A stretch of DNA of 64,000 bases, taken from positions 1,728 through 65,727 of the IMG/VR virus record IMGVR_UViG_3300020404_002650; one strand, written 5' to 3'. Source of the DNA: a virus. Taxonomy: Duplodnaviria; Caudoviricetes. The first letter of the stretch is position 1, and every line of letters begins with the position of its first letter. Under the pieces are notes generated by a model. It had not been told where the DNA came from, did no database searches, and saw only the letters and a list, made by a program, of their open reading frames with translations. Positions 33,901 to 43,180 of the stretch are shown one piece after another. The position numbers and the translations under genes were made by a program.

Positions 33901-34623
33901 GCATTGCAATCGGCAACAGATTCAATTGGATACAGAATATTCAAGGATATGTTGAACAGAACTTTTTATAGAAGAATATCTAAAACACACACTACAATAT
34001 TGACCGAGACACTGCAAACCACAGACACAACAATTACTGTGGCAGATGGCACAAAACTTGCAGAACCTGGATTCACTATATCAACTGACGGAAGCACGAT
34101 CAGTGACAGGACGCCAGGTGTGGTGTTTATAGGCAAAGAAAGAATAGAATATTTTACCAAATCAGGTAACACGTTGGGACAATTACAGCGTGGTACTCTT
34201 GGAACAGGAATTAAGGAGCATGGATCAGGTGCAGAAGTGGTAGACGCATCTGGAACTCAAACCATACCTTATGTGGACACAGTACATACCAATACCTTTA
34301 CGGGTGATGGTAGCACGGCAGTGTTCACTTTATCACAAACACCGGCTTCTGCTAGTGAGTTAGACATATTCATTGGTGGCCAACGAGTGTTGCTCACTAG
34401 CGAGGACGGTTCAACAATCAACTATTCTGTGGACGGAAGCACAACTGCTGTGACATTCACAACAGCACCTGCTGACGCTGAACAGATCAAAATACTACAC
34501 AAGAGAGGACAGGTATGGACAACAGCGGCTGATGGTAATCCTGGCGACGGCAAGGGATTACAAGGATCAACTACTGCACAGGCTAAATTCATAGCGGATG
34601 AGCCTACAAATGCACCTGAATAA
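21976..34623 (+). CDS. Giant (4215 aa) baseplate/virion structural protein, gp7-like position
   Basis: Follows gp6. HLPAFYRT N-terminus, [20 protein letters not shown]-like propeller repeats, CBM5/12-like repeats, cupredoxin-like motif, GDGST repeats, C-terminal ERIEY...QRGTLGT. Confidence 0.8.
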   Translation: MADTPINSQANQEVVKQGDNEYRRSVQHLPAFYRTDTNQRFLSSTLDSLIQKGSLERLDGFIGRQDAYTREVTDRYLGATSRDRFAYQLEPAVTYIDNDTTSINPEDQVKFTGTYDDYINQLKYFGANVDNHDRLNKETAYSWNPAVDYDKLVNYREYYWVSDGPSAIEIDSVGTGAEVEFKVEALADDGTTGRAYSFPHKENLRNPEITLYRGNTYKFTKSETGHPFYIMSEPISGGIAADGSTSVHYNEGVTNNGVQKGTLTFVVPTDAPNTLYYQCSSHENMYGVLNIKTVASNSQIEVEDDIVGVKNYSLRTLALSNGMKIKFKTDLVASAYKNKEYYVEGVGDAISLTDVTSLVTPESYSDDGTPKDKDYITIKRDSRDQNPWSRYNRWFHRDNIDKAATVNGTPKVLDENDRAKRPIIEFDSGLALYNHGTVAKDPVDLFDTTITDALSVVPRATGYFIDGVELTQGMRVVFSADTDIAVKNRIYTVNFVTAGDSTQVIALVETNIVGDNENIYVKQGTLGKGKNYYYDDTNKVWKTAQSKTKLNQQPLFGMWDNDHVSFDDATTYPNSTFAGAKVLSFATSDSATEDTVLGIKVKYRTINNVGDIVFESDHTSGTFTYKTGKKTITKNLAEGHLHYTTSRTTHNSRSAWIKRSASSKQRVIRTFIVDATEKQLFPIDFFKNSASLTDLDISVQVNGARKTVTTDYTLVDGSTNKYVKFNAELKVDDQIRIAGHSSADKVANKGIYEVPENLSVNGLNTATNEFTFGQIVNHVKDILDKNSAVTGSIPGQSNLRDKPDARLLGGSIQQHEASIVPAIFGLTDQETNVLTAIDYVNLQYEQWYNSFLTNAVGTAYEGVARDRVDEIIETISVGKNSKFPFFYEDMIGYGQNVSTRSYTVQGTSQKDYAIDSLHDITKLSNRAVYVYLNDVQLVLGSEYTFSTTDDSINISKALTVGDKIVIKDYADTTGSYVPPTPTKLGIYPKFKPESYTDDSYTTSTNVIRRHDGSIIKAYGDERDDLILELEKRIYNNCKTAYDSTNLAWGDVMPSVFTSTEYTRKQVDDTMAADFYVWAGRNKVQYINNTAFSEGSPFTYNYSLSTDRVTGQNLPGYWRAIYKFFYDTDTPHLTPWEMLGHSEKPSTWEATYGAAPYTAGNDVLWNDIASHQGRYGKPDVRTYLPVDASGNLLDPLAIGIVNFFDIPGRGLPWKFGDHAPAETAWRRSSAYPFSVLKTLAITKPAKFFENLFDVSRLSINSAGNKISSDTGIRFNLNKAKYHLETETDVTTGVTTRFMTAGYQVFVVNYLTGKGLDPKAFYYDKMKNLDIQLVYKLGGFTDKDNIKVLTDSVSPGSTAGSKFIPDENYKINFRTSNPVESFQYSGVLIEKNTDTSLDGSSLLGGFKVLGYSTTKPFFNFNYPVKTSTKSSLKVEGSVGVDQFTNYQETVQTIPYGYVFTTVQDVADFLLGYGNYLESEGFKFNKFSKEIKETLNWTNAVREFLFWTTQEWAPGSAITVSPAADGFELDTNNSIVGKLRNLAGDYSIVDAGGRKIDIREISTKRLGKTFDLTMKSADIGLYNIELNTVQKEHILIFDNNTVFSDVIYDPFTGFRQQRLKVVGWKTGNWDGDYYAPGFVFDAAQVTYWIANTDYRIGDAVEYQGKFYVASVNHNAGDKFISDNWVLKNDKPAPQLIPNFEYKIAQFNDFYNLETNNFDESQQQLAQRLIGYQSRDYLENLFVNDVSQYKFYQGYIREKGTQSAIDKILKAKYENSDITLNFYPDWMIRTGQFGNLDSIENIQVTLDDKTINTDPLSLEFFDTESFSKDYVRSVGVFKDNFYYKPLEYTASDTFKRYDFTQPGKDRDNVQIYKTAGYPQVQQVQHTAFYIQDLLSLDVESVSRNDLIWVASKENADWDVLRMTFSGFKIDSLQPNINNTQMLIKFTDSHGLTAGSATTTADYFAITNSESTTLNRVYRVASVPTHDSVLVEYDDDTTFIPTLADGSTADSYGNIYKFISVRINSMDNVNDRLAYSEYKDKNDTLEIPGDKVFADADTSGLWRVYEKQDPYTEKIINSPNTTTSNQEFGYRVVARNDGRTVVVSAPGKGQGEVHFLFRTSHNAGTSFSTQATATMTENDDNTSRLGESLSISTDENFVVAGAPYTNTLDNDGSTRQIDAGLIKVYVWNPDRYQYGILNTLTPPTDGSTENENLNFGWSHKIAEPTDASTRSTARKYLFVSAPGHSNDTGVVYMYTWGIGADGSTYDTWTQDASIMSPAGGSAQRFGHRLETNDNGDILAVSSIAPGNAGKVEIFVRQGASDGDSTQNTFTHVQTLTGVTSDGSTLNTAFGESIAMSKDGTTLIIGATGVDDVQVDAGAVYTYKWNADGSTNTYTLQQTINAPDKLDNVRFGSSVSLTQDGTRLAIGAEKSANPREMKFDSGETTFDLQDTRIVDTNEGSGAVYTATIYNSQYVLDDRLVSTKVSSFDDFGRGVSMSANNLFIGSPNDEGNPDLTNDGTVHQYDCNTDGEYAWKNLTTETNFIDIEKLGQVFDFNNGTKQIGNYYDLYDPIKGRILGQADREINYRSPWDPATYNTGDQSNIKTPWLEDHIGEVWWDLTKIKYIWYEQDDQQYKVNNWGKLFPGSSVDVYEWTESSLLPEDWNGLVGSETGNNNSISGIANLQYSVAQRYDSRLDALVDVYYYWVKNKNTLPRNSVVHRKNTTGYVANLISNPRSGAVQWYAATDTNKIMINKLSPLINSDVVLNIDIRKNDFEGDAHSVWKLAREGDKDWRPNAEIETKWWDSLCGQNSAGDVVPDVNLPIYNRYGNSIRPRQSWYVDRLEALKEIIDYANSVIKKTQLAGQVSLDNLNSEDPEPTVESGEWDASVDTYADLTYINTADISGSVNYLVKADETANDLWAIYQWDGTQFNRTKIQTYNTSKYWSYTDWYGTDPAIHEMIHSENTPIDKQVTFEYELDALDLAVGKHVKVTNADTGGWKLFMKTSTGWTNVGTENGTFKLSTKLYDYSQDATGFAGEDNFDDNTFDQEPNQETRQVLKALKEDFFKGDLSIEYNNLFFVGLRKVLEEQTYVDWMFKTSFITAVNSVRSLDTRKTYTKGTDTWIESYINEVKPFHTKLRNYKLGYYAPEQHDGVITDFDNPPFYDETTGKIRKFNPTYDTAKRTTYPWQLWYDYYTKHVKSITVFAGGSGYETAPTVTISGGGATTQATATATITGGVVTSITLTGIGFGYTSTPTVTLTGGMNDGTAPSDAAKAYANLDNDLVRDFDTTIKFDRITSTSTVVDWAANTTYKYGAKIRYQNELYKAVNEFTSTTDFDDNEGAVTKYYGDETGLTAADRIKGFYTPTDGMPGNELSQVMSGVDYGGTMVTGLLFKQSQGWDESAWYDYPWDNYGVSRVRAFYADGTTKAFTFAGETSVVYHVYKTESDERTKLSDTFIGTGSEATYTLTGATPNENALIEFIPADDDGVLTPTDDRTLDSIIKGGLFTKNGLYGSALGTAPSDINVDGDAFVSSTTSYAPEEVVPGQIFDTVDIKVYTAPESGVPLITDRNYHGDGSTTTFALGDHPGTLASVKVSVDGVTKKAQIDGSTVEDYTIDVGAKTITFTTAPGSGALVSTKVFAISGVNYRVLDTFTGDGSTTVYTTSARQDFNIDSTNSEIYVTVDGVPTTDLTITYTDPEHADGSTTIIGNTAIVTFTTAPTSGQFIQIAGFQSSSTTRSVAQIRSEDFTYDESTTNYALTFPPGSITPMHGLCIIELDGKVLRGPDTTYYKGDGSTYTYGVASSLSDGSTVDPAKIITNTNQIEVHYNGRKLSEGALPNGNYTVDLAAQTVSTNAPANPGDIVAITTLVDKHYQIDNQPSSPVLVLDTAQMHTDGFNKSGTMRVTTFNNALGMKYRREVLEGRPNGEFFLHDEPLNSTYMYVWLNGIQLTQNVDFAFNFALDGPKITVHGKTITTSDRLDVMFFALQSATDSIGYRIFKDMLNRTFYRRISKTHTTILTETLQTTDTTITVADGTKLAEPGFTISTDGSTISDRTPGVVFIGKERIEYFTKSGNTLGQLQRGTLGTGIKEHGSGAEVVDASGTQTIPYVDTVHTNTFTGDGSTAVFTLSQTPASASELDIFIGGQRVLLTSEDGSTINYSVDGSTTAVTFTTAPADAEQIKILHKRGQVWTTAADGNPGDGKGLQGSTTAQAKFIADEPTNAPE

Positions 34624-34626
34624 ATA
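34619..34626 (+). promoter_or_regulatory. Late promoter variant AATAAATA
   Basis: Overlaps the stop of the giant gene, just upstream of ATG 34633. Confidence 0.5.
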
Positions 34627-34632
34627 CACTAG

Positions 34633-35358
34633 ATGACACAGGACAACAAACAGACAGAATCAAAAGAAGATACTAAAAAGCCTAACGAGCACACAGGTGT
34701 TATGATGACAGGGCATATCAAAATTTTCGATCCTGAAACAGGTGAAGTTTTAGTAGACAAAAGAAACGCAATACACTACGAAAACATGTCACAGGCAATG
34801 GCAAACAGCCTTGCAAATAAGTCAAACGGATTTATTCATGAGATGGCTTTTGGAAATGGTGGAACATCAGTTGACCCAACAGGTATTATTACGTACTTGA
34901 CGCCAAACTCAACAGGTACTAATGCATCTCTTTATAACCAGACTTACTACAAAGTGATTGATGACAATTCAAGCACTAACAAGGACACAACACGTAACAA
35001 AATGGAAGTAAGACATGTGACAGGAAACAAGTTTACTGACATAGTTTGTACTTGTACATTGGACTACGGTGAGCCAACAGGGCAGGAGTCTTTTGACAAC
35101 ACAACAAATTTCAACGGTGATTTTGTGTTTGATGAACTAGGATTGAAATCATTTGAAGGTTCTGAAAACAGTGCTTCTAATAAATTATTGACACACGTTA
35201 TATTTCACCCTGTGCAAAAATCTCTAAACAGATTAATTCAAATAGATTACACTTTAAGAATTCAAAGTTTGACAACATTCACTGAAACAAGTTCGACTAA
35301 CTTGACAACATCGAACACAGTCAGTGGAACGACGTCAGGCGGCAACACAGGATACTAG
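34633..35358 (+). CDS. Baseplate/tail structural protein
   Basis: GHIKIFDP, MAFGNGG, FDELGL, LLTHVIFHPVQKSLNR; Ser/Thr tail. Confidence 0.7.
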   Translation: MTQDNKQTESKEDTKKPNEHTGVMMTGHIKIFDPETGEVLVDKRNAIHYENMSQAMANSLANKSNGFIHEMAFGNGGTSVDPTGIITYLTPNSTGTNASLYNQTYYKVIDDNSSTNKDTTRNKMEVRHVTGNKFTDIVCTCTLDYGEPTGQESFDNTTNFNGDFVFDELGLKSFEGSENSASNKLLTHVIFHPVQKSLNRLIQIDYTLRIQSLTTFTETSSTNLTTSNTVSGTTSGGNTGY

Positions 35359-35361
35359 TAA

Positions 35362-36579
35362 ATGGCATACACAGTAAACAAAAGTAACAACTCTGCGTCA
35401 CCTAACCAGTACACAGTACAGGATGGTGTTGTTAATACACAGACTGACTTATCATTCATAGGTAAGGGATATGCAGGATATGGTGAACTTATAGCAGAAA
35501 ACTTTTTACATCTTTTAGAAAATTTCAGTTCTGACACTGAACCATCTAAACCCATACAAGGACAACTTTACTACGATTCAACAAACAATAGATTAAAAGT
35601 GTACACAGGAACGCTTTTTGTTCCTGCAGGTGGTAACGTACCTTATCAAGCAAACACACCTTCGGGAATACAACAAGGTGACCTTTGGATTGACTCTGAC
35701 CTGGGACAACTTTTTTACTGGGACGGATCACAGAACGTGTTGGTCGGTCCACCATCTACCACAGGAACACTAAATGGTTTTGTTTTCGAAGCAATTACGG
35801 ATTCCACTGCGACAAGTAGAAATATTACAAAATGGTACAGTGACGGTACACTGATTGCAATCATTTCTGACATAGAATTTACTCCGCAAAGCAGTATCAC
35901 AGGCTTTGCCACAGTCAAAAAAGGAATTACTTTTACAACAAATCCTACAGGAGTTAAACTACACGGCACTGCCACAGATGCTGATGCTTTAGGTGGAGTT
36001 GCGGCGGCGTCTTTCTTAAGGTCAGACCAGAACGACACAACAACAGGAACGCTAGGTATTGTTACAGACTCTGGTATGACAGTTGGTGCTGACAATGACC
36101 TATCTATCACAGTCGACGGAACAGGTATCAACATACAAAACACAGTAAACAACACAGACATAACTTTCAAAGTAAACGATGGCTCAGTGACAACCACTGT
36201 AATGACAATCGACGGCGCTGAAAGCAGAGTTGGTATAGGAACAACTTCGCCTACAACTAAACTGGATGTATCAGGTACAGTGAATGCAACAGCGTTTACA
36301 GGACCAATTACAGGTGCTGTAACAAGTTCCGGCATCACACTAACACAAAGTGGTACTATCATATTCGAAGGTTCCTCAGATGACGACTTCGAAACAACAC
36401 TTACTGTTGCAGACCCAACAGCCGACAGAACAATTACCATACCAAACGTGTCTGGTACAGTTGTAACAACAGGTGATTCAGGCACTGTGACGGCGGCGAT
36501 GATGGCCACACCAACACAATTACAAATTTTAAGCAGTGCAGGAGCGGTATTAAAGACCATCAACGGCGCAGGAGCGTAG
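35362..36579 (+). CDS. Tail fibre protein A
   Basis: IGKGYAGYGE...ENFLHLLENF anchor, GQLYYD/GDLWID, VGIGTTSP, PTADRTITIP fibre motifs. Confidence 0.75.
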   Translation: MAYTVNKSNNSASPNQYTVQDGVVNTQTDLSFIGKGYAGYGELIAENFLHLLENFSSDTEPSKPIQGQLYYDSTNNRLKVYTGTLFVPAGGNVPYQANTPSGIQQGDLWIDSDLGQLFYWDGSQNVLVGPPSTTGTLNGFVFEAITDSTATSRNITKWYSDGTLIAIISDIEFTPQSSITGFATVKKGITFTTNPTGVKLHGTATDADALGGVAAASFLRSDQNDTTTGTLGIVTDSGMTVGADNDLSITVDGTGINIQNTVNNTDITFKVNDGSVTTTVMTIDGAESRVGIGTTSPTTKLDVSGTVNATAFTGPITGAVTSSGITLTQSGTIIFEGSSDDDFETTLTVADPTADRTITIPNVSGTVVTTGDSGTVTAAMMATPTQLQILSSAGAVLKTINGAGA

Positions 36580-36586
36580 TAAATGG

Positions 36587-36615
36587 TTGAATATATCCTT
36601 AATATAGCGTATACT
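36587..36615 (+). promoter_or_regulatory. Sigma70-like promoter
   Basis: TTGAAT-N17-TATACT, then GGGAG RBS and ATG 36626. Confidence 0.6.
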
Positions 36616-36625
36616 AGGGAGACAT

Positions 36626-37561
36626 ATGGCAGTTAGAAAACCTTTATTATACAACGGCGCACAACTTCAACAAGCAAAGACATCAGACCTTGAGAACCTT
36701 TACACTTTGGGTGCATATTACTATTCTTTATCACCTTCAAGAACTTTGACAGTGGCTGGTTCTGGAGGAAACCTAACCAGCATAGACGATACAAGATTGC
36801 AGGCAGGTGCGGCTTCAACGGCATCAGGCAGTTTTCCAAGTGAATCCACAACAGCAGAGCCATCGGAAGTGACTGTGAGTTATCAAAGAATTACTCAAGT
36901 AACAGGCACAGCAAATATTACCACATCAGATTCGGGTAAAACTTTTCCAGTTTATTGGAACGGAACGCAGGTTCAGGCAATGACCGAACAAGATTTCATA
37001 GACACTTTTGTGCATCCAACTATCGATCAATTAGTATTAGGTACAACAACTTCGGATCAGGCAGGCACATACCATATAGCGACATCAACATCAGTTACTG
37101 GTTCGACTTTAGTGTCATCCACTCCGATATTCACAGACACAAGGGCAGACACTTCGGCATATTCTGCCAGTGAGATTGAGGAAACACTTGATCAACCAAC
37201 CACTATTACAAATTACTACTTGCACATTATTGATGGAGTGGAACCAACATACAATCCACCTATATTCATTGACTCATCAAACAACCTAAAACAGTATTCG
37301 ACAGCAGAGATAGGAGCACTACTTCAAGAATACATTAAGAACAAGGTAGTGAACTCTTCTGATGGTTACCAATTGTCCTACAACATAGACGGTAGTATCG
37401 GTAACGCAAGGGGAAGTGCAATAGTAAACACAAGATTGACAGGCGGCAGTGGTAATTACCAGACACGATTTGTTGGATCTAGTGATTACAGGGCACAGGA
37501 ATTCCCAGACGGAACGCCAAACACTGTGAATACCTACACTTTTAAAATACAGAAATCTTAA
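36626..37561 (+). CDS. Virion structural protein (Thr/Ser-rich)
   Basis: MAVRKPL..., DTR motifs, YRAQEFPDG; fibre neighbourhood. Confidence 0.55.
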   Translation: MAVRKPLLYNGAQLQQAKTSDLENLYTLGAYYYSLSPSRTLTVAGSGGNLTSIDDTRLQAGAASTASGSFPSESTTAEPSEVTVSYQRITQVTGTANITTSDSGKTFPVYWNGTQVQAMTEQDFIDTFVHPTIDQLVLGTTTSDQAGTYHIATSTSVTGSTLVSSTPIFTDTRADTSAYSASEIEETLDQPTTITNYYLHIIDGVEPTYNPPIFIDSSNNLKQYSTAEIGALLQEYIKNKVVNSSDGYQLSYNIDGSIGNARGSAIVNTRLTGGSGNYQTRFVGSSDYRAQEFPDGTPNTVNTYTFKIQKS

Positions 37562-37590
37562 TTGACTTTTTTCCAGTGTTTTGTTACAAT
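37562..37590 (+). promoter_or_regulatory. Sigma70-like promoter at the start of enzyme island 1
   Basis: TTGACT-N17-TACAAT, then AAGGA RBS and ATG 37614. Confidence 0.65.
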
Positions 37591-37613
37591 AAGACAACAA
37601 AAAAGGATTTACA

Positions 37614-38084
37614 ATGGCTATATTCAGCGGAAAAATTATAGAGGCATACTTTGCCAATTCAGAAAACAACACTGTTGAGATAATTTACGAGGATGGCAAG
37701 AGAGCAATCAATCATTATCTACCTGTTGACTACAACAATCCAGATTTCAAAGATCTTATAGCAGAGTACAGCACTGACAAAATTGCCGAAGCCACGATAG
37801 CCAGGAACAGGAGATACGCACAGCAGTTAAGTGATGTGGTTGATGCAGGCATCAAGGCCAAAACTGATTTGAAACAACGTGTATCAGTAGAAGATTTCGT
37901 GAAAAGTATTCTTAATTTTGACCCTAATGATCCGCAGTGCAAAGAAATGTTGTTTACAACAAAGGTTGAAATTTTTGAAACAGAGAAAGTAAAAGGATCA
38001 ACAGACAAAGCAAAGAAATCCAAGTTGAGATCTGCACAGACTCCTCTTGAATTGTTGGTTACCTACAACGAGTTTGATGATTGA
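37614..38084 (+). CDS. Hypothetical protein (possible fibre chaperone)
   Basis: 156 aa ORF with RBS; no recognised motif. Confidence 0.6.
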   Translation: MAIFSGKIIEAYFANSENNTVEIIYEDGKRAINHYLPVDYNNPDFKDLIAEYSTDKIAEATIARNRRYAQQLSDVVDAGIKAKTDLKQRVSVEDFVKSILNFDPNDPQCKEMLFTTKVEIFETEKVKGSTDKAKKSKLRSAQTPLELLVTYNEFDD

Positions 38085-38652
38085 TGTTTATTGTGTTAAT
38101 GTTGGAACAAAATACACCAGAGACTTTGACAGCAAGTTAAAGGATTCTGTCGCAAAACATCTTACACTCGAACACAAATTCCATTGCTTAACGGATAGAC
38201 CAGAAAAGGATTACGACACACCTGTTACACACCCAGAACTACGAGGTGTGTTCCATAAATTGTCTTTGTTCCAGAACACAGGCAAGTGTCTATTTTTTGA
38301 TCTAGATATTGTCATCAACGATAACATAGATTTTCTAGCAAATGATTTTGACGGACTTACTCTAGTCAACAGCAGTGCTTGGAAACAGGAATCGCTGAAG
38401 ACACCTGTTAAATTTAGGATTACGCAGAACACATTGGTTAATTCATCGATAATGAGATGGAGTGACCAAAGGCATGTGTTTGAAAAATTCATTAAACATC
38501 GTGATCTTTACGTGAGATTGTATTCTGGCATAGATAGATATATCTACAATGAAAGCGTCAAGTACAATTATTTTATGGGTGATCAAATTTCTAGTTGGCA
38601 GGAGGGTGTGAAACACAATACAATAGTGTTACACAATCAAAAATATGTTTGA
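38077..38652 (+). CDS. GT-A fold glycosyltransferase (GT8-like)
   Basis: GTKY, FHCLTD, KLSLF, LFFDLDIVI (DxD), NSSIM. Confidence 0.8.
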   Translation: MIDVYCVNVGTKYTRDFDSKLKDSVAKHLTLEHKFHCLTDRPEKDYDTPVTHPELRGVFHKLSLFQNTGKCLFFDLDIVINDNIDFLANDFDGLTLVNSSAWKQESLKTPVKFRITQNTLVNSSIMRWSDQRHVFEKFIKHRDLYVRLYSGIDRYIYNESVKYNYFMGDQISSWQEGVKHNTIVLHNQKYV

Positions 38653-39301
38653 TAGAGATACATTACAGACTTTCAAAAGACTTTTGTCCAAGTGCCCTGA
38701 CAGAATTGTTGATGCTATGGACAGTCTTAGTGAGAACCAATTTGCCAGTAAGGATTGGCTTGTAGAAAAACTGAATGAATACCCACATCATTATAGATAT
38801 AAAACTTTAGACAAAAAAATTGATATTTGTATACTTGCAAGTTGGTATGGCCTACTTGCATATAGGTTGATAGAGAACTTCAAACTAAAAAAAATTAACA
38901 ACATAGACTGTATGGATTATGATCCAGAAGCAAAAACAGTTGCAAAAACAATATGGCATCAACTACACGCTGAAAATTTGAAACAAGGTCGATTGTCGTA
39001 TGTGAAATTTATTGAACAAGATATAGAAAAGATTGAATCTTTGAATTATCCTGTTGTAATCTGCACATCCTGTGAACATCTAAAGCAAGACACAATTTAT
39101 AACACCATGGATAAAATGGAAGAACACACTTTGGTTGTTCTACAGAGTAACAATTACAAGGAAATTAGCCAACACGTAAATTGTGTAGACAGTGTCGAGG
39201 ATTTTGCTAATCAATATGTATCCAAACTGCGAAACATGAAGTTTTATGAAAAAGATTTTGGCAAATACAAAAGATTTATGATAATAGGAACCAAGATATG
39301 A
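38645..39301 (+). CDS. SAM-dependent methyltransferase-like protein
   Basis: SKDWL, ILASWYG, DYDP, ICTSCEH, LQSNN. Confidence 0.65.
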   Translation: MFDRDTLQTFKRLLSKCPDRIVDAMDSLSENQFASKDWLVEKLNEYPHHYRYKTLDKKIDICILASWYGLLAYRLIENFKLKKINNIDCMDYDPEAKTVAKTIWHQLHAENLKQGRLSYVKFIEQDIEKIESLNYPVVICTSCEHLKQDTIYNTMDKMEEHTLVVLQSNNYKEISQHVNCVDSVEDFANQYVSKLRNMKFYEKDFGKYKRFMIIGTKI

Positions 39302-40017
39302 TCGAAGACACATTAAAGAAAAGAACCAACATTACATTCTTCAGCAAGAAGGTCCCAGAGAAGCAAGTAATAAAAGATATATTGGAAAAAGCACAGCAAC
39401 TAACGCCACACAAGAATAATTTTTGGCATTATGAATTAGCAGTGTACGGTCCAGAACATGCGGAGCAAAAAAAGATGTTGGCACTTTCGACTGTCTGCAA
39501 TGAACACCTGAAATACTACAGGCAAGATAATCTTAAGGACGAGGATTGGAGAAAATTAAAGCAGGCTTACAATGATTGGATAGATTACCACAATGGTGAC
39601 CAATCAAAAGATTATGTCATGAAAGATAAATGGCACTTCAATGAGCAGGTTACTGCACCTTATCTTCTGGCCTACTATCCTTCACCAATAAAGATTAGGG
39701 AGTCACAAACACAGGACAAGTATTTCACAAGTGGCAGAGCAAAAAAAGTATTCCGTAGTGTCACAAGTGTAAGCACCGATGAATTTAACCAGCAATCGGG
39801 TATGAATGCAATGGTAATCACAATGTTGGCAATAGAAAAAGGCCTGGACGTATCTTACACCAAATGTTATTTTTACAACCAGGCAATACACACAGATATA
39901 ATGGCAAGGGGAAAACCTGCGTTCCTGTTGGGAATCGGGTACGAAGACAAAACCAAGAGGCATTACAAAACTAAACTTAAAAAACCTACAATAGACGAGG
40001 TTATAAAATGGCAATGA
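39298..40017 (+). CDS. Nitroreductase-fold (FMN) oxidoreductase
   Basis: LKKRTNITFF, A..TP..N, LAIEKGLDVSY, LLGIGY. Confidence 0.65.
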   Translation: MIEDTLKKRTNITFFSKKVPEKQVIKDILEKAQQLTPHKNNFWHYELAVYGPEHAEQKKMLALSTVCNEHLKYYRQDNLKDEDWRKLKQAYNDWIDYHNGDQSKDYVMKDKWHFNEQVTAPYLLAYYPSPIKIRESQTQDKYFTSGRAKKVFRSVTSVSTDEFNQQSGMNAMVITMLAIEKGLDVSYTKCYFYNQAIHTDIMARGKPAFLLGIGYEDKTKRHYKTKLKKPTIDEVIKWQ

Positions 40018-40718
40018 AGATTATAGCAGTGAGAATAGGTGACAGGTACGGTCCCGAGTACGAGAAATATTTGGAAGAAAAACTGCCGGAGTATGAATTT
40101 GTATGGGTGCGTAAGCCGATCAAGGAGGGTGTGCTGTTACAATGGAATAAAATGTATGGAATGGGACTCGACATAGATGAGCCAATATGTGTAATGGACA
40201 TAGATGTGTTGTTGATCAACAACTACAAAGAACTTTTTGAATATCCAATCAAAAAAGGACAGTTTGTTTCGATACCAGGTTGGTGGAGAGACACCGAAAA
40301 CAAGAGATACAAAATCAACGGAGGCTTCTTCAAATACTATCCAAAAGACTGTCGATACATTTACGACAAGTTCATGCAGGATCCGGACTTCTGGCAGAAT
40401 TATTACATCAAAAGAGGCATAGCGAGGGGGCCGGTGAACGGCGAACAATACTTTGTGGAGGACAATGTGAACGAGGAACTTGAACTGATCACTGTCCCAG
40501 AAAGTTGGGTTGCAAGATGGTGTGCAAAAGAAGACATAGGAGTGAAGAATTTTGATTTAAATAAGTGGAAAGTCAAGGTTAGTCAGTTGTACCACAAAGT
40601 GACCGGAAATGATTACGTATATTTGGGTGGAGAATTTCATCCAGACATCAAAATGGTGCACTTTACTCATGCAACAAACAAACCGCATGACTGGGAGGAT
40701 TATAGGAACTTTGTATGA
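40008..40718 (+). CDS. GT-A fold glycosyltransferase
   Basis: GDRY, WNKM, VMDIDV (DxD), NGG, GEQ, VHFT. Confidence 0.8.
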   Translation: MAMKIIAVRIGDRYGPEYEKYLEEKLPEYEFVWVRKPIKEGVLLQWNKMYGMGLDIDEPICVMDIDVLLINNYKELFEYPIKKGQFVSIPGWWRDTENKRYKINGGFFKYYPKDCRYIYDKFMQDPDFWQNYYIKRGIARGPVNGEQYFVEDNVNEELELITVPESWVARWCAKEDIGVKNFDLNKWKVKVSQLYHKVTGNDYVYLGGEFHPDIKMVHFTHATNKPHDWEDYRNFV

Positions 40719-41278
40719 TAGTATTGTATGGATATATGACATATTGGGTGATAGCCGCTATAGGTATTACCTATGGATATCATAGGTATTTCTCACACAG
40801 CGATTACAAGGCAAATTCATTAGTTGAAATAATTCTATTATATTTCGGATTGTTATGTGGTGGAAGGAGTGCTTTGACATGGGCAGGTGTGCATAGGATT
40901 CATCACGCACACGCCGACACTGATAAGGATCCACACAGTCCAAAAAACCATCCTTGGTACGTGATACTTTTTAGTTTATGGAAGGTAAAACAAATACCAA
41001 GAAAGTATCTTATAGATCTAATGCGAAATCCAAGAGTGATGTTTTTCCACAAGTATGGCAAATTTATTTTAGCCGCTCACTGGATCATAACACCATTGCT
41101 TTTTGGCGTAAATGCAGTTATAATTAACCTAATGTTATTCATTCTTTCATATGTGGGTTTTGGTATACTGAACTTTTACGGACATGATGCCAAAGGCCCA
41201 GCAAACAATTTACTGATTAATTTAGTTGCACCGTTTGAGGGAAACCATAAGGATCATCATGAGTACTCAAAAATTTGA
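40715..41278 (+). CDS. Membrane fatty-acid desaturase (delta-9-like), compact
   Basis: His boxes HRYFSH, HRIHH, HKDHH; DPHSP; hydrophobic segments. Confidence 0.85.
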   Translation: MIVLYGYMTYWVIAAIGITYGYHRYFSHSDYKANSLVEIILLYFGLLCGGRSALTWAGVHRIHHAHADTDKDPHSPKNHPWYVILFSLWKVKQIPRKYLIDLMRNPRVMFFHKYGKFILAAHWIITPLLFGVNAVIINLMLFILSYVGFGILNFYGHDAKGPANNLLINLVAPFEGNHKDHHEYSKI

Positions 41279-41843
41279 TAGAAACAGCAGTGTAGAGTAT
41301 GTGCAGATGGATTTCGAAGTCCCTGTAAAGCAAATTCTTACAGAATACGAACTAATCAAAGATCAATTAGTAGTTCACAGGCCCGAAGACGGGCATAAAG
41401 ATTGGTGTGCTGTAACTTTGTATGGTTTCGATTCTGACAAAACAAACAGTCATTGGGAATACGATAGAAGAAAGCAAAGGCCTGGAATAACAGATGTCGG
41501 CGAACGTTGTCCTCGCACAATAGAATGGGTAAAAGGTCTGCCGTACGCAAGGATTGATGACATAAGGTTTCTTGTGATCAAACCAAATGGTTATATTGCA
41601 AAGCACATAGACGTTCCAGAACGCAATTGGTTGGAACCGCTTAATATTTGTTTAAGTTATCCTAAAGGGAATAAGTTTGTGCTGAATAACAAGCAGGTCG
41701 ATTATGTGCCTGGCATGCCGCTTGTATTGAATATACATTATGAGCATTACGTTGAAAACAATTCGGATCAAGAAAGAGTGCATTTATTAGTGCATGGGAA
41801 AAAGAAACAGGAGTTTTGGAACAATGTTCACAGTTGGAGATAA
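41259..41843 (+). CDS. Aspartyl/asparaginyl beta-hydroxylase-like 2OG oxygenase
   Basis: RFLVIKPNGYIAKHID...HYVEN...RVHL. Confidence 0.75.
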   Translation: MSTQKFDRNSSVEYVQMDFEVPVKQILTEYELIKDQLVVHRPEDGHKDWCAVTLYGFDSDKTNSHWEYDRRKQRPGITDVGERCPRTIEWVKGLPYARIDDIRFLVIKPNGYIAKHIDVPERNWLEPLNICLSYPKGNKFVLNNKQVDYVPGMPLVLNIHYEHYVENNSDQERVHLLVHGKKKQEFWNNVHSWR

Positions 41844-42372
41844 AAATTTTGCAAACAAAAACAGCGAATGTGATGTACTGACTTTTGCACCTGAGGATAG
41901 GACTGATTTGCTGAAACGTCTCAAAGGTATAGATTTTGCCAATGAAGAAATTGCCAACAATTATGAAGGCATAGATTGGTTTGCTTTTGACTGCGTGACA
42001 GTGTTGATGAAAGATGATGAAATTTTAGGATTCAGTTCTGTGTGGCATAGGCCGGAATATTATGAACCTGGAGAAGCAAGGATATTAAATAGGTATTGGG
42101 AACATCCAAAATTGAGAATGAACGGCAGAATCATTGCACGACCACACTTGATTGCGACTGTTGAGCATCAGTTGAAGTTTGCCAAGGATGCAGGCTACAA
42201 AAAAGTGTTCATCAGTAGATGTCGTAACCCAGGATTTATGAAAAGACTTTTTATTGAATTAGGACAAAAAACAAACACACAGTGGAAATTGCACGATGGT
42301 AAGGTAGCAGTGTGTGATCCAAAACACGATTCATGTTGGCAACACAAAGGAACTTATGAAATTAAAAACTAG
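41824..42372 (+). CDS. GNAT-like protein
   Basis: ILGFSSV, RILNRYW, QLKFAKDAGYKKVFIS. Confidence 0.5.
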   Translation: MFTVGDKNFANKNSECDVLTFAPEDRTDLLKRLKGIDFANEEIANNYEGIDWFAFDCVTVLMKDDEILGFSSVWHRPEYYEPGEARILNRYWEHPKLRMNGRIIARPHLIATVEHQLKFAKDAGYKKVFISRCRNPGFMKRLFIELGQKTNTQWKLHDGKVAVCDPKHDSCWQHKGTYEIKN

Positions 42373-43180
42373 ATACGAATTGCCACCGTTTGTAAAACTT
42401 GATCAAACTTTTGACGTAGATAAAATGATCAAGGTTGTACAGGACATGCCTGTGGCCGAGGATGACCTGAAAACAAAATACGGATATGGAGTGAAAGTAG
42501 GAGGCAAATCACCAAAATTGCAGAAAGCATTTGGATTGAAATTTGATTCTATTGAGGACGCATACAAGTTCTTGCAGGACAACGATGTTGCTGAATCTGA
42601 ATTACGTGAAGGGTTGGGCAATAAAAGGATGGCGTGGGACTACAGAAACTATGTCAAACCATTTGAGAACTACATTCAGAAAGATGATAATGGCAAGTAT
42701 GAAGTAAACGGATCGCCATACAAACAGATAGCACTTACACAATACAATCCGGAGGAAGAGAAAAGGGTATATGAGAAGAAAATACCAAAGAGTAGACTAG
42801 ACGAGCGTCATTATAACAAAATCAAGGACTGGGTAAAAGGAACTTACCTTGAAGAAGTAATAACATCTTTCAAAGCAGAAACAACAAGGGCCAGAATAGC
42901 AATCATGGATCCTGGCGCCTACGTTGCAGAACATATTGATTACAACACAGACTATTCTGTGCGTTTCCACATACCAATTACAACAAATGACAAGTGCGGA
43001 TTTTATTGTGTTGACAAGTCGGGAGAAAAAGTTTATCAGACAATGGAACCTGGCAGTTGCTGGTTTTTAAACCAGGGCATGAGGCACAGTGCTTGGAACA
43101 AAGGACCGACAACACGATCGCACATAATAATATCATTACAAGGACAACAGGATTTAGATGAGATCATCAGTAGACAGTAA
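42356..43180 (+). CDS. Aspartyl/asparaginyl beta-hydroxylase-like 2OG oxygenase
   Basis: RARIAIMDPG...EHIDY...RFHIPITTN...HSAWN...RSHII. Confidence 0.75.
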   Translation: MKLKTRYELPPFVKLDQTFDVDKMIKVVQDMPVAEDDLKTKYGYGVKVGGKSPKLQKAFGLKFDSIEDAYKFLQDNDVAESELREGLGNKRMAWDYRNYVKPFENYIQKDDNGKYEVNGSPYKQIALTQYNPEEEKRVYEKKIPKSRLDERHYNKIKDWVKGTYLEEVITSFKAETTRARIAIMDPGAYVAEHIDYNTDYSVRFHIPITTNDKCGFYCVDKSGEKVYQTMEPGSCWFLNQGMRHSAWNKGPTTRSHIIISLQGQQDLDEIISRQ

